A DNA stretch of 64,000 bases from Macrostomum lignano (GCA_002269645.1 NIVC01002157.1:124001-188000); one strand, 5' to 3'; numbered from the stretch's first letter, positions 20,557 to 34,165 are shown. The notes: generated by a model not told the origin, from the sequence alone. Numbers and translations: made by a program.

Positions 20557-21660
20557 CAATCTCTAAGCATGTATTTCAATCCTATATTTTACAGACTATT
20601 GATTGAGTAACAATCTTTACCTATAAAAATCAAAACTCTGTCTGTCTGTCTGTGGACAAATTACTTTGTTTATGTAGTAGCGGTACCTTATTTCTAGGAA
20701 TTATTGTTTTTGAACTAACGCGAAAATTAATATTCTTTTGTTATAATACGCAAAATATTCTCAAGTTATAAGAGTTTGTTTTAAATATACGCGATTGATT
20801 GGTATAAATAGGAGAGAGCCGAAGGGATGGAAGAATAACTCGTTCGTTAGCTATAAGCTCAAAATGTGTTCGATAAACATTCTCAGATCTTTGCTCATTT
20901 TAAAAAGGTATTGAAAGTCAGAATTGGGAATTCATGCAGAGAGAGTACTAAGAATAATCGCTGTGACCCTCTAATCTTGGTAACGCCCAGACTGGAGAGA
21001 GAAAGTACATATACCAGTAAGACCGCTCAGGCCATATACTAAGAACGCTACCAGACTAATACATAAGACGCTACCAGACTAATACATAAGAACGCTACCA
21101 GAAACGCTACTAAAAATGCTACCCAGAAAATACATGAGATTCTAAGAAACAGTTAGAAATACTAAAAGCAGAATTTAGTATCAGCAGTATAAATTCGATA
21201 GCAGGGAATTTGAAGGCCTGTCCCTGTCACAACTTGGTAACAGCGGTGAAATCATTTGTAGGGACAGAAGTTACCCCTGGAACATTTACATATATAACAA
21301 AAAAATCAAGTCACAATTTACAGCTTAGAAAAATCTTGGGATAACAAAGTGTCTTCAAAAAATGGTCACTTTGTCATCTAGATTTCTAACCATTTTTGGT
21401 ATGACAAAGTGTCCAAAAACCATGGTCACTTCATCATCTAGATGATGAACTGGTAGGATGACAGTGTCTAGGAACTATATAGGCCTACCCAAATAAAAAT
21501 TAAATAATTACAAATTCATGCCAAAAGTCTTTTATACATATTACAATATATTTAAACAAACATGCATAGGCATAGGCCTAGCCCAAACCTAATTATTAAA
21601 ATAGGCCTACAATATACACATACTACATAGTCACTTTGGTTTTGATGCATCAATTTTTAC

Positions 21661-21849
21661 CTGCTTTTGTTCATCTGTAAGTCCATAAAGCTCATCATTA
21701 ATTGGAAAGAACTCAGTAGAGTAAAGGCGGGTAGAGCTTGAATTTAAACTAAAACTGCAGGACTTGCCTAACTTCTGAAGAAATTGTCTTGCACTAGGCC
21801 TAGCAGAAGTGCATACTTGGGAATGAAGTACTGGCCTAATAAATTGCAT
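21661..21849 (-). CDS. IVD: Isovaleryl-CoA dehydrogenase, exon 1 (mitochondrial presequence), copy A
   Basis: Arg/Ser-rich leader ending FFPINDELYGLTDEQKQ|GTAAAA, phase 0 to exon 2. The six exons sum to 1317 nt = 438 aa + stop. Confidence 0.92.
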
Positions 21850-22142
21850 TACTATTATTTAAAGTATTAAATAATTTTACTCGTATTAGAATTAAATAAA
21901 GTGTTTCACGAACAAAATGCTGTGATCAAGTGCCGGCAAACTAATATTGTAAGTTTGTACTTGTAGTAATAATGTTAATATTTTTACACTTAGGTAGAAA
22001 TACTACGGCGTTCGAAGAATATTTAACATATTTTAAAATATGGAAACCCAGTGACTAATAACAAATACAAACTGTAAATTAGGGGAAAATCATACTATTC
22101 CTTTCTAAAACTAGACCACACAGTTTTTTAAAAAATTATTCT

Positions 22143-22157
22143 ATGGATGATATACAG
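22143..22157 (+). CDS. Candidate first coding micro-exon of the Ctr gene (MDDIQ), copy A; copy B at 28209-28223
   Basis: ATG GAT GAT ATA CAG|GTGAGA; phase 0 fits the exon at 32220 (LVEMYLYF). An upstream plus-strand donor GTAAGT lies at 21949. Confidence 0.4.
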
Positions 22158-24093
22158 GTGAGAAATGTCTAGAAAAAGAATTTTTCAAATAATTGGTGCC
22201 CAATATTCGAATTCTGTTATTCACATCTATATTTTGACCTTGTTTGATATTTGGACAAATCTATCAAACATAAAAATAGATTTGGACATAATTTAATCTA
22301 TAATAAGCTAACGCCTCCTAGCTACTATTGTTTATTGTTGCCCTCTACATGTAGTGCCAGCTTGCAGACTTAAGTTACGGGAAACTACGTCTCTTAAAAA
22401 ATGTTTACGAGGCTTATTTTCGCCGAAAAAAACACTACGTAGATAGGAAGCTATTATTTTTCAGCACAATAATGTTATTGCTTACGATAGGAGTCAGAAC
22501 CAATGTTAAGGTTGTCTAGCCATCACTAAAAATGTAGAAAAAAGAACCACAGAATTTGGCAATCTTTTCGAATCGTTCGTTTAGTTATTTCCGGAATTAT
22601 TTCGCCCTCTATTCAAGGGTGGTGGGGGTTTGTAGGAGATCTGAGATTACCTAATTATAAGGCTATTTTGCTCTAGTTAGGCCTATATCTTCCTATATGA
22701 TAAAAGAGAATATGAAAAATTGATTAGCAATTAGACCTCTTATCATTCTAGATTTTTTCTTTGATAAAATTTATTCCTAATGACAATTTTTCTTTTAAGG
22801 TAGCTCTGTGCCAAATAATTTTTATTGCTTTTTTTCAAAATTAAAAAATTATTCCTAATGTGATTCCTAATTTTTCATATTTTGTTTAATAGGTAAAATC
22901 AGGTAAAAATAATGTTAACATTTTATTTCTATGAAACAGATTCAAATACAAGTTTTACCAGTATTTTTGAATTTTGGTTGTTTTGTCCCCAGACATTTCA
23001 CCCCCAGACCATTTTGCCCAGGCATTTTGGCCAAAATGGTAATTAATTATGTGATTTATAAATATAGCCATACTATGCATCTCTTTAGCTCACCTAGTAG
23101 GCCATTACTAACCTAATACTAAACCTATTAGCAACCTAACCTAATGTATCTTACAGTGGCATAGCCAGAGTTAGTGGCTTACTTCTACATATTGCTGCAT
23201 ATATAATATTATAAAGGCACATTTGAGCCATTCATTTTATACTATTATCCACTTACTTATAAAATAGGCTAAATTATCTTAGATACTATTCTTCTATACA
23301 ACTTCACAATTACAACCAGATTCTTGATCAACTTATTTTCAATCTTGATTTTTTATTAAAATTTTTGGTCAATCTTGCTTAAAAAACAAAAATCTAATCT
23401 CAGTTGGACTCTATAAGATAATGCAGTATCTACATAGGAAAAACTTTTTTCTATTTGTATTTATCTAAGCTGTTAAAACCTAGTGGATTTTGAATACCAG
23501 GAATTCCAATCCCTAGAACTGCAAACATTGATATTGTTGGCTGGGATACTACGCAGAATCTCAGGCAGTCTCTCTGACTCTAAAACATGTATTGGCAAAC
23601 TCTGGTCTCTGCCTTTGACTCTCCTCTTTTTCCTCTTTCCTCTCTTCCCCTGTTTCTCCTATCTCTTGTCTGTTCACTCTCATCTTTGCTCTCTCATCCC
23701 CCTCTTTTTATCTGTCATCTTAACTTCTTTATTGTCTTATATTTTCTCTCACCTCTCTCTTCTGTACTCTTTTCTTTCCCCTCTTTTGACTCCTCACTTT
23801 CCTTTCTCCTTTCTTCTCTTCTATTCTATCTTCTATACTCTCTCCCTCTCTTGTCTCCTATCTTCTCTCTCCACTTTTTTCTTTTCTCCTTTATCTCTCA
23901 TCTCTCCTTAGGCTTACATCTCTCATCTCTACAACCCTATCTCTTCTCTCTTCCTTTTACTCTCTCATATCTCCTTCCACCTCTGCTCTCTTCTCCCCTG
24001 TCTCCTCTATCCTCTCATCTGCAGCTCTCTGCTCTCTTCTCTCTCCACTCTCCCCTCTTCTTTCTCCCCTCTTCTCCCCTTCTCTCTTTCCCT

Positions 24094-24155
<62 letters not shown>

Positions 24156-25190
24156 CCTCACCCCTTCATTTATCTTATTTTCTTCTATCTTTTCTCTTAT
24201 CTTCTCTATCACCTCTCTTTTTGAATCATCTATTCCTTCTTCATTCCATTCTCATCTGCCCCTCAGCCATGAGCTAGATTCTTTATTTGGCCTTTGAGGT
24301 AAAACTCTACCCATCCCTGCTTGGAAAACCAGTTTGTGGGATGTAGTACTCTCATGGTTGTTCTCATGCTTTGATCACGTTATCTTTCTTACCAATTTGC
24401 AGCCTTGAAAAGAAATTATGTATCTTCAGCTCCATTGCAATCTGCATCAGTCTAACAACCAAGGAAACACACATTTCTTAGAAGGCTATTTAAATTTTAA
24501 ATTACCTTTAAGAGAAACTTAGAATTTCTATAGTATGACTAATTTAGTAGGGTTGTATTGCATTGCGTTGCCTTTTTATAAATCTTTCGCTTTTACAAAC
24601 CATGCTGGATTGCCTTGATTTGCCAATTGCTATCCACTGTTAAACTGCTGCAGAGTTTGCCTATATAGAGGGCAGTGATTATAATTTCTCACTAAACTAT
24701 TATGGCTAAACCAAAATGTAGCCTCTCTATTGGGGTGCAAAGAAGGCTATAAATAAAGCTATTCCAAAACATTGTATATTTGCTATGTATATTCAGCCCT
24801 ATTGCCTGACCCTTTGTCTGGCTCAAGGTGCATAGTGCCATTTAGGATTAAATTTGAGACTCAAAATATTACAGGATTTTGTCAATATAGTTGACAATAA
24901 TTGTCTATGTCAAATTTGAAAAGAATCAGTAGAAGTAAAGTAGTGCTATGGAGGATTTAGTGAAAAAATGCATTTCTTTAACAGTTTTTTTTTGCTTTTT
25001 AGGTAGAAAGACTTGGATTAAGGAAATTTTAAGGTAGCCTAAGTTATTCGCCAAAGTGAGTTTAGGGTGGGTGCAAAATTTGGTATAGTTTGGTTGAGCA
25101 ATTTGGGAGTCCATAGCAATAAAAATTGTATATACATAGACACACAGACAGACAGAGTTTTCATTTTTATAGGTAGATATAGCTTATCCA

Positions 25191-25320
25191 TAGTGGCATA
25201 GCCAGGGTGGGGGCCATGCCCCCCCCCCTTTCTAAGCACCAAAAGTGGCAATGGCATATGGCATGGCCAGCCAAGCCAACCTGCCCCCCTCCCCAATTGA
25301 AATTCCTGGCTATGCCACTA
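25191..25320. mobile_element. 130-bp hAT-type MITE (duplicated copy at 31255-31383)
   Basis: Perfect 16-bp TIR TAGTGGCATAGCCAGG / CCTGGCTATGCCACTA; flanks CTTATCCA / CTTATCTA (7 of 8 match). Confidence 0.8.
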
Positions 25321-25367
25321 CTTATCTATATACTAAAAATTGAATCGACCGTTCTGTTGAATCGACT

Positions 25368-25607
25368 GTTCAGATTATCGACCGCAGCGTACGCCGTAGC
25401 GAGATCCAGCATGCTCATCAAGTGCTCGCGACGATGCTCCTCGTCAATCTCGGCGGAGTCGCAATAAGCGTTGAAAGAGCGCAGCCAGAGTCGAAAATTC
25501 ATGCTTGACGTGTACTTCACGGGCTTCGGGAGTCTCGGTGGCTGGGCTGGTCCATCCGCTCGCAGACGCTCGGCTAGCAGCCGAATCAGTTCGTCCACAT
25601 TCGCCAT
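25368..25607 (-). pseudogene. gag: Truncated gag 5' fragment (80 codons) carried by the duplication
   Basis: Identical to the gag N-terminus up to AVDNLN, then runs through the junction into host sequence and stops at 25326. Confidence 0.9.
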
Positions 25608-25650
25608 GACAGCTCACAAGCAAACTGAGCAGTCCCTGTTCGGGCGCCAA

Positions 25651-26622
25651 TGTTGTATCCCCCTTCCTCGCTGGCACGGCCGGGTTGGGCGACGGGTAGC
25701 GGTGTCGGGGTTCGGGTACTAGACTGCCCAGGGCTTACGAGCTCGATCGGCGACCCCGAGGCGTACGGACACTTCGGGGGGAGGTCAAGGTTGAGAAGTC
25801 GAGAGAGAGGGGAGGGGCGGCTGTGGGCGGGCGGCCACTCGACAGCCTGGTGAGTCAAGGAAGAGAGAGAGGGCTGCGGGCGGTCGGCCACTCGACAGCC
25901 TGGTGAGTCAAGGAAAAGAGAGAGGGCTGTGGGCGGGCGGCCACTCGACAGCCTGGTGAGTCAAGGAAGAGAGAGAGGGCTGCGGGCGGTCGGCCACTCG
26001 ACAGCCTGGTGAGTCAGACTGAGGAGAGAGTGAGAGAGAGAGAGATCAGGAGAGCGACCCCGAGGAACACAGGCAATTGTCTCGACAGCTTACCGGGCCG
26101 GGTCGATTTTAGCACTCATACACGGGAAGGCCGATCGATTGCAATAAATTGAGTCTTCGCAGTAAGAGACCGTCTCTACGGTTGATCGCTGGTCACGTTC
26201 GTTTTTTTATCGCGGTGGGCGCAAATGGGCGCAGGCACGGTGAGAAAAGGGGCGGGGTCTGAGCGTCGCCTTAAATAACGAGTAAAAAAGGGGCAGGGGC
26301 ACAAACAAGGGGGGGGGAGAAAGGGCTTAAACAATGGAGCTGATTGACAGCTGATTGGCTGCGGCGAGGGGAGGGTGGAAGCGCGCACGGCCAGGGAGAG
26401 GGAGAGAGAGCAGAGGCCCAGCCAATCAGCACGGCTAGCCAAAGGGCTAAACAGCCAAGGCGAGAGAGAGAGAGAAAGAGAGCAGAGGCTCAGCCAAAGG
26501 GCTCATAGCTCCAGACTGGCTTGAGCCGGGGGGGGGGGGGGGGTAACAATAATCAACTACCAAAGTCAACAACTATCAAAGTGCACTTGCACCAGGGGAG
26601 CACTGTGACACAGGTCACAACA
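25651..26622 (-). repeat. Third LTR copy (duplicated 5' LTR with its PBS)
   Basis: TG...CA termini, PBS at 25632-25649, CAAT flank. Arose by segmental duplication; not a solo LTR. Confidence 0.95.
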
Positions 26623-27726
26623 CAATCTCTAAGCATGTATTTCAATCCTATATTTTACAGACTATTGATTGAGTAACAATCTTTACCTATAAAAATCAAA
26701 ACTCTGTCTGTCTGTCTGTGGACAAATTACTTTGTTTATGTAGTAGCGGTACCTTATTTCTAGGAATTATTGTTTTTGAACTAACGCGAAAATTAATATT
26801 CTTTTGTTATAATACGCAAAATATTCTCAAGTTATAAGAGTTTGTTTTAAATATACGCGATTGATTGGTATAAATAGGAGAGAGCCGAAGGGATGGAAGA
26901 ATAACTCGTTCGTTAGCTATAAGCTCAAAACGTGTTCGATAAACATTCTCAGATCTTTGCTCATTTTAAAAAGGTATTGAAAGTCAGAATTGGGAATTCA
27001 TGCAGAGAGAGTACTAAGAATAATCGCTGTGACCCTCTAATCTTGGTAACGCCCAGACTGGAGAGAGAAAGTACATATACCAGTAAGACCGCTCAGGCCA
27101 TATACTAAGAACGCTACCAGACTAATACATAAGACGCTACCAGACTAATACATAAGAACGCTACCAGAAACGCTACTAAAAATGCTACCCAGAAAATACA
27201 TGAGATTCTAAGAAACAGTTAGAAATACTAAAAGCAGAATTTAGTATCAGCAGTATAAATTCGATAGCAGGGAATTTGAAGGCCTGTCCCTGTCACAACT
27301 TGGTAACAGCGGTGAAATCATTTGTAGGGACAGAAGTTACCCCTGGAACATTTACATATATAACAAAAAAATCAAGTCACAATTTACAGCTTAGAAAAAT
27401 CTTGGGATAACAAAGTGTCTTCAAAAAATGGTCACTTTGTCATCTAGATTTCTAACCATTTTTGGTATGACAAAGTGTCCAAAAACCATGGTCACTTCAT
27501 CATCTAGATGATGAACTGGTAGGATGACAGTGTCTAGGAACTATATAGGCCTACCCAAATAAAAATTAAATAATTACAAATTCATGCCAAAAGTCTTTTA
27601 TACATATTACAATATATTTAAACAAACATGCATAGGCATAGGCCTAGCCCAAACCTAATTATTAAAATAGGCCTACAATATACACATACTACATAGTCAC
27701 TTTGGTTTTGATGCATCAATTTTTAC

Positions 27727-27915
27727 CTGCTTTTGTTCATCTGTAAGTCCATAAAGCTCATCATTAATTGGAAAGAACTCAGTAGAGTAAAGGCGGGTAG
27801 AGCTTGAATTTAAACTAAAACTGCAGGACTTGCCTAACTTCTGAAGAAATTGTCTTGCACTAGGCCTAGCAGAAGTGCATACTTGGGAATGAAGTACTGG
27901 CCTAATAAATTGCAT
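27727..27915 (-). CDS. IVD: IVD exon 1, duplicated copy B
   Basis: Identical translation and donor site to 21661-21849. Confidence 0.85.
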
Positions 27916-30159
27916 TACTATTATTTAAAGTATTAAATAATTTTACTCGTATTAGAATTAAATAAAGTGTTTCACGAACAAAATGCTGTGATCAAGTGCC
28001 GGCAAACTAATATTGTAAGTTTGTACTTGTAGTAATAATGTTAATATTTTTACACTTAGGTAGAAATACTACGGCGTTCGAAGAATATTTAACATATTTT
28101 AAAATATGGAAACCCAGTGACTAATAACAAATACAAACTGTAAATTAGGGGAAAATCATACTATTCCTTTCTAAAACTAGACCACACAGTTTTTTAAAAA
28201 ATTATTCTATGGATGATATACAGGTGAGAAATGTCTAGAAAAAGAATTTTTCAAATAATTGGTGCCCAATATTCGAATTCTGTTATTCACATCTATATTT
28301 TGACCTTGTTTGATATTTGGACAAATCTATCAAACATAAAAATAGATTTGGACATAATTTAATCTATAATAAGCTAACGCCTCCTAGCTACTATTGTTTA
28401 TTGTTGCCCTCTACATGTAGTGCCAGCTTGCAGACTTAAGTTACGGGAAACTACGTCTCTTAAAAAATGTTTACGAGGCTTATTTTCGCCGAAAAAAACA
28501 CTACGTAGATAGGAAGCTATTATTTTTCAGCACAATAATGTTATTGCTTACGATAGGAGTCAGAACCAATGTTAAGGTTGTCTAGCCATCACTAAAAATG
28601 TAGAAAAAAGAACCACAGAATTTGGCAATCTTTTCGAATCGTTCGTTTAGTTATTTCCGGAATTATTTCGCCCTCTATTCAAGGGTGGTGGGGGTTTGTA
28701 GGAGATCTGAGATTACCTAATTATAAGGCTATTTTGCTCTAGTTAGGCCTATATCTTCCTATATGATAAAAGAGAATATGAAAAATTGATTAGCAATTAG
28801 ACCTCTTATCATTCTAGATTTTTTCTTTGATAAAATTTATTCCTAATGACAATTTTTCTTTTAAGGTAGCTCTGTGCCAAATAATTTTTATTGCTTTTTT
28901 TCAAAATTAAAAAATTATTCCTAATGTGATTCCTAATTTTTCATATTTTGTTTAATAGGTAAAATCAGGTAAAAATAATGTTAACATTTTATTTCTATGA
29001 AACAGATTCAAATACAAGTTTTACCAGTATTTTTGAATTTTGGTTGTTTTGTCCCCAGACATTTCACCCCCAGACCATTTTGCCCAGGCATTTTGGCCAA
29101 AATGGTAATTAATTATGTGATTTATAAATATAGCCATACTATGCATCTCTTTAGCTCACCTAGTAGGCCATTACTAACCTAATACTAAACCTATTAGCAA
29201 CCTAACCTAATGTATCTTACAGTGGCATAGCCAGAGTTAGTGGCTTACTTCTACATATTGCTGCATATATAATATTATAAAGGCACATTTGAGCCATTCA
29301 TTTTATACTATTATCCACTTACTTATAAAATAGGCTAAATTATCTTAGATACTATTCTTCTATACAACTTCACAATTACAACCAGATTCTTGATCAACTT
29401 ATTTTCAATCTTGATTTTTTATTAAAATTTTTGGTCAATCTTGCTTAAAAAACAAAAATCTAATCTCAGTTGGACTCTATAAGATAATGCAGTATCTACA
29501 TAGGAAAAACTTTTTTCTATTTGTATTTATCTAAGCTGTTAAAACCTAGTGGATTTTGAATACCAGGAATTCCAATCCCTAGAACTGCAAACATTGATAT
29601 TGTTGGCTGGGATACTACGCAGAATCTCAGGCAGTCTCTCTGACTCTAAAACATGTATTGGCAAACTCTGGTCTCTGCCTTTGACTCTCCTCTTTTTCCT
29701 CTTTCCTCTCTTCCCCTGTTTCTCCTATCTCTTGTCTGTTCACTCTCATCTTTGCTCTCTCATCCCCCTCTTTTTATCTGTCATCTTAACTTCTTTATTG
29801 TCTTATATTTTCTCTCACCTCTCTCTTCTGTACTCTTTTCTTTCCCCTCTTTTGACTCCTCACTTTCCTTTCTCCTTTCTTCTCTTCTCTTCTATCTTCT
29901 ATACTCTCTCCCTCTCTTGTCTCCTATCTTCTCTCTCCACTTTTTTCTTTTCTCCTTTATCTCTCATCTCTCCTTAGGCTTACATCTCTCATCTCTACAA
30001 CCCTATCTCTTCTCTCTTCCTTTTACTCTCTCATATCTCCTTCCACCTCTGCTCTCTTCTCCCCTGTCTCCTCTATCCTCTCATCTGCAGCTCTCTGCTC
30101 TCTTCTCTCTCCACTCTCCCCTCTTCTTTCTCCCCTCTTCTCCCCTTCTCTCTTTCCCT

Positions 30160-30219
<60 letters not shown>

Positions 30220-32219
30220 CCTCACCCCTTCATTTATCTTATTTTCTTCTATCTTTTCTCTTATCTTCTCTATCACCTCTCTTTTTGAATCATCTATTCC
30301 TTCTTCATTCCATTCTCATCTGCCCCTCAGCCATGAGCTAGATTCTTTATTTGGCCTTTGAGGTAAAACTCTACCCATCCCTGCTTGGAAAACCAGTTTG
30401 TGGGATGTAGTACTCTCATGGTTGTTCTCATGCTTTGATCACGTTATCTTTCTTACCAATTTGCAGCCTTGAAAAGAAATTATGTATCTTCAGCTCCATT
30501 GCAATCTGCATCAGTCTAACAACCAAGGAAACACACATTTCTTAGAAGGCTATTTAAATTTTAAATTACCTTTAAGAGAAACTTAGAATTTCTATAGTAT
30601 GACTAATTTAGTAGGGTTGTATTGCATTGCGTTGCCTTTTTATAAATCTTTCGCTTTTACAAACCATGCTGGATTGCCTTGATTTGCCAATTGCTATCCA
30701 CTGTTAAACTGCTGCAGAGTTTGCCTATATAGAGGGCAGTGATTATAATTTCTCACTAAACTATTATGGCTAAACCAAAATGTAGCCTCTCTATTGGGGT
30801 GCAAAGAAGGCTATAAATAAAGCTATTCCAAAACATTGTATATTTGCTATGTATATTCAGCCCTATTGCCTGACCCTTTGTCTGGCTCAAGGTGCATAGT
30901 GCCATTTAGGATTAAATTTGAGACTCAAAATATTACAGGATTTTGTCAATATAGTTGACAATAATTGTCTATGTCAAATTTGAAAAGAATCAGTAGAAGT
31001 AAAGTAGTGCTATGGAGGATTTAGTGAAAAAATGCATTTCTTTAACAGTTTTTTTTTGCTTTTTAGGTAGAAAGACTTGGATTAAGGAAATTTTAAGGTA
31101 GCCTAAGTTATTCGCCAAAGTGAGTTTAGGGTGGGTGCAAAATTTGGTATAGTTTGGTTGAGCAATTTGGGAGTCCATAGCAATAAAAATTGTATATACA
31201 TAGACACACAGACAGACAGAGTTTTCATTTTTATAGGTAGATATAGCTTATCCATAGTGGCATAGCCAGGGTGGGGGCCGTGCCCCCCCCCTTTCTAAGC
31301 ACCAAAAGTGGCAATGGCATATGGCATGGCCAGCCAAGCCAACCTGCCCCCCTCCCCAATTGAAATTCCTGGCTATGCCACTACTTATCTATATACTAAA
31401 AATTGAATCTACCAGTATATTCCATGCTTTCTGCATTGATCACCTAGTATCACATAGCATCACCTAGGCCTAATATAAATTATGCAATAGATATCTTTCT
31501 CTCCATGCTTTTAAGTTTCTATACCACATAGGAAAAAAACTTTCTATAAGTACATATTTTATAGTTTATGTTGTTTATTACTGCCTAAGCTGTCTCAATA
31601 ATTGCTATTATAGTTGTCTCTTTGTAAAGCCTAATTGATAGTCAAACAAAAATGGAGAAATTGTTTATCAAAAAGACAAATATATGATTATATAGATTTT
31701 ATATGTTGATTCTGGTCTATCAAAAGGTATATACATGAATTTTGTAATAAATATTTAGGTAGGTATTTAAAAACAAATGTTTGCATATTAGTTCTTGGTT
31801 TTTAAACCAATCAAAATATTCTGAATTAGAGTTAAATTGAATAGACAGAGAGTCAGTGGGGCATAGTGCCCAAACATAAAATATTTATAAGACAACTGGG
31901 GTTGCGTGCACATAATGGAGGGGTGAAATGTGACTTAAGAAAGAGGCAAGAATGGAGAGCAGAGCCAATCAAAGGGAGTGAGGAAGAGAAATGAGCTTAA
32001 ACAAACTTAAACTATACAGAGAGAGAAAACATAGATAAGTGAAGATGAACTGAAAAAATGACTAAGAAAGTTGCAACAAATCTTTACACAAAAGATTTTC
32101 CTAGACTATGTTTAATTATATTTGTTTGTGTATTTCTTGCAGTTATGTCTTATCTAAATTCATTAGTATCTTACTCAGCTAGAGCCTTGGTACTTAATTG
32201 GATTATAACTTCATTTCAG

Positions 32220-32304
32220 CTGGTTGAAATGTATTTGTACTTTGAATTCACTGACACTGTGAAAAACCTTCTGTTCAAGGGCTGGAATGCATCAACACCA
32301 TCAG
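32220..32304 (+). CDS. Ctr (SLC31) copper transporter exon
   Basis: LVEMYLYFEFTDTVKNLLFKGWNASTPS resembles the Ctr M-x-F-x-F...LLF-x-G-W motif. Acceptor tttcAG at 32219, donor GTGAGA at 32305. Confidence 0.8.
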
Positions 32305-32404
32305 GTGAGAATAACATTTTGTTGCTTGATTTTTCCTAGTTTGTCAGCTTCTGCAAGACAATGTTTGCATTTTTATAACATACCATTTATTTTCTTACTT
32401 TTAG

Positions 32405-32561
32405 GCTTGATTATAGTATGCCTGATTGCTGGCATTGTCACGCTGCTATATGAACTGTTGATGTCATATCATGAGATTCTAATGACCGCCGCTAACAATT
32501 TCAATGCTCGCTACCAGACTAGCGTGTCTACTAATAGGCACATTGGCGGCCCACGCGTGAA
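32405..32561 (+). CDS. Ctr copper transporter exon (TM1)
   Basis: GLIIVCLIAGIVTLLYELL (TM1 ending YE). Phase 1 in, phase 2 out at GTAAGC. Confidence 0.82.
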
Positions 32562-32962
32562 GTAAGCTGCTTCACTTGCAACTTGTAATGCCATGTAATA
32601 TATAGATAACATAAATATAATGATACATTGATTGAATTATAGGTACAACAATGCATACAATATTCATAATTGATTAAATTGATTGATTCAAAGAGTAATA
32701 GTGCGGTAGATTGTGAAGTTTTTTTATATTCCTATTTACTACTTAGAATGTCTAGCACTGAAGTACTACTAGCACTGGGGCTAATTATCGTCTCAATGAG
32801 TGAGTTCTCCAATAGTCAGTTAAAACAAAATTATACAAAATGTGCAAAATATTTAGATGCGCGATTTTCAAAGAAATACACCCTTTCACAATAGCTTACA
32901 GGTGACTGCGGACCAGAGGGGAGAGAGAGGAGGGAAGAGAAAAGAGAGAGTAGAAAGGAGAG

Positions 32963-34165
32963 CAGGGGTGTCGCCACCCGGCGAAGACAGGGGGCATGCC
33001 CCCCCAGTGAAAGCTATGGGGTGGACATGCCAATGCTTTCCCCCCCCCCTCCCACACACACAACCTTGTGACCCGTTATGAAAATCAATAACTTTGCTTC
33101 AGGGTGACAAAATATAGCGCCTGCGGCACCAAATTGAGTGCCCGAGGCGCTAAAATGAGTGTCTGCGGCGCTAAAATGAGTGCTTGCGGCGCTAAAATAA
33201 GTGCCTGCGGCGCTAAAATGAGTGCCTGCGGCGCCGAAATGAGTGCCCGAGGCGCTAAAATGAGTGTCTGCGGCGCCGAAATGAGTGCCCGAGGCGCTAA
33301 AATGAGTGTCTGCGGCGCTAAAATGAGTGCCCGAGGCGCTAAAATGAGTGTCTGCGGCGCTAAAATGAGTGCCTGCGGCGCTAAAATGAGTGTCTGCGGC
33401 GCTAAAATGAGTGCCTGCGGCGCTAAAATGAGTGCCTGCGGCGCTAAAATGAGTGCCTGCGGTGCTAAAATGAGTGCCTGCGGTGCTAAAATGAGTGCCT
33501 GCGGTGGTAAAATGAGTGCCTGTGGCGCTAAAATGAGTGCCTGCGGCGCTAAAATGAGTGCCTGCGGCGCTAAAATGAGTGCCTGCGGCGCTAAAATGAG
33601 TGCCTGCGGCACTAAAATGAGTGCCTGCGGCGCTAGAATGAGTGCCTGCGGCGCTAAAATGAGTGCCTGCGGCGCTAAAATGAGTGCCTGCGGCACTAAA
33701 ATGAGTGCCTGTGGCGCTAAAATGAGTGCCTGCGGCGCTAAAATGAGTGCCTGCGGTGCTGAAATGAGTGCCTGCGGAGCTAAAATGAGTGCCTGTGGAG
33801 CTAAAATGAGTGCCTGCGGTGCTAAAATGAGTGTCTGCGGCACTAAAATGAGTCCCGCGGCGCTAAAATGAGTGCCTGCGGTGCTAAAATGAGTGCCTGC
33901 GGCGCTAAAATGACTGCCTGTGGCGCTAAAATGAGTGCCTGCGGTGCTAAATGAGTGCCTGCGGCGCTAAAATGAGTGCCTGCGGCGCTAAAATGAGTGC
34001 CTGCGGCACTAAAATGAGTGCCTGTGGCACCTAAATGAGTGTCTGCGGCGCTAAAATGAGTACTGATGAATGAATATCAGTATGAATACCGATTCTGAAA
34101 ATAATGTACATGTACAATTTTTGACTTGGCCCCCCCCCACCATAAAATCCATGGCGACGCCCCTG
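32963..34165. mobile_element. 1.2-kb non-autonomous hAT-type element carrying a 21-bp minisatellite
   Basis: TIRs CAGGGGTGTCGCCA / TGGCGACGCCCCTG (13 of 14) and a perfect 8-bp TSD AAGGAGAG (32955-32962, 34166-34173). Confidence 0.88.
33118..34062. repeat. 21-bp minisatellite (GCGGCGCTAAAATGAGTGCCT), about 45 copies
   Basis: Direct inspection; lies entirely between the hAT TIRs. Confidence 0.96.

Larger units (their letters stand above)
19303..25346. repeat. Tandem segmental duplication, copy A (about 6.04 kb)
   Basis: Sequence recurs at an offset of 6065-6066 (LTR start 19586/25651; IVD ATG 21849/27915) with only a handful of substitutions seen. Confidence 0.95.
25368..31409. repeat. Tandem segmental duplication, copy B
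   Basis: Starts inside gag (GTTCAGATTATCGACC, = 19303) and ends at AATTGAATC (31409); 21-nt junction at 25347-25367. Confidence 0.95.

Noticed and set aside
25651-26622. Independent solo LTR or second insertion
   Set aside because: It retains the PBS and gag start on one side and the same host flank on the other, so it is part of the segmental duplication.
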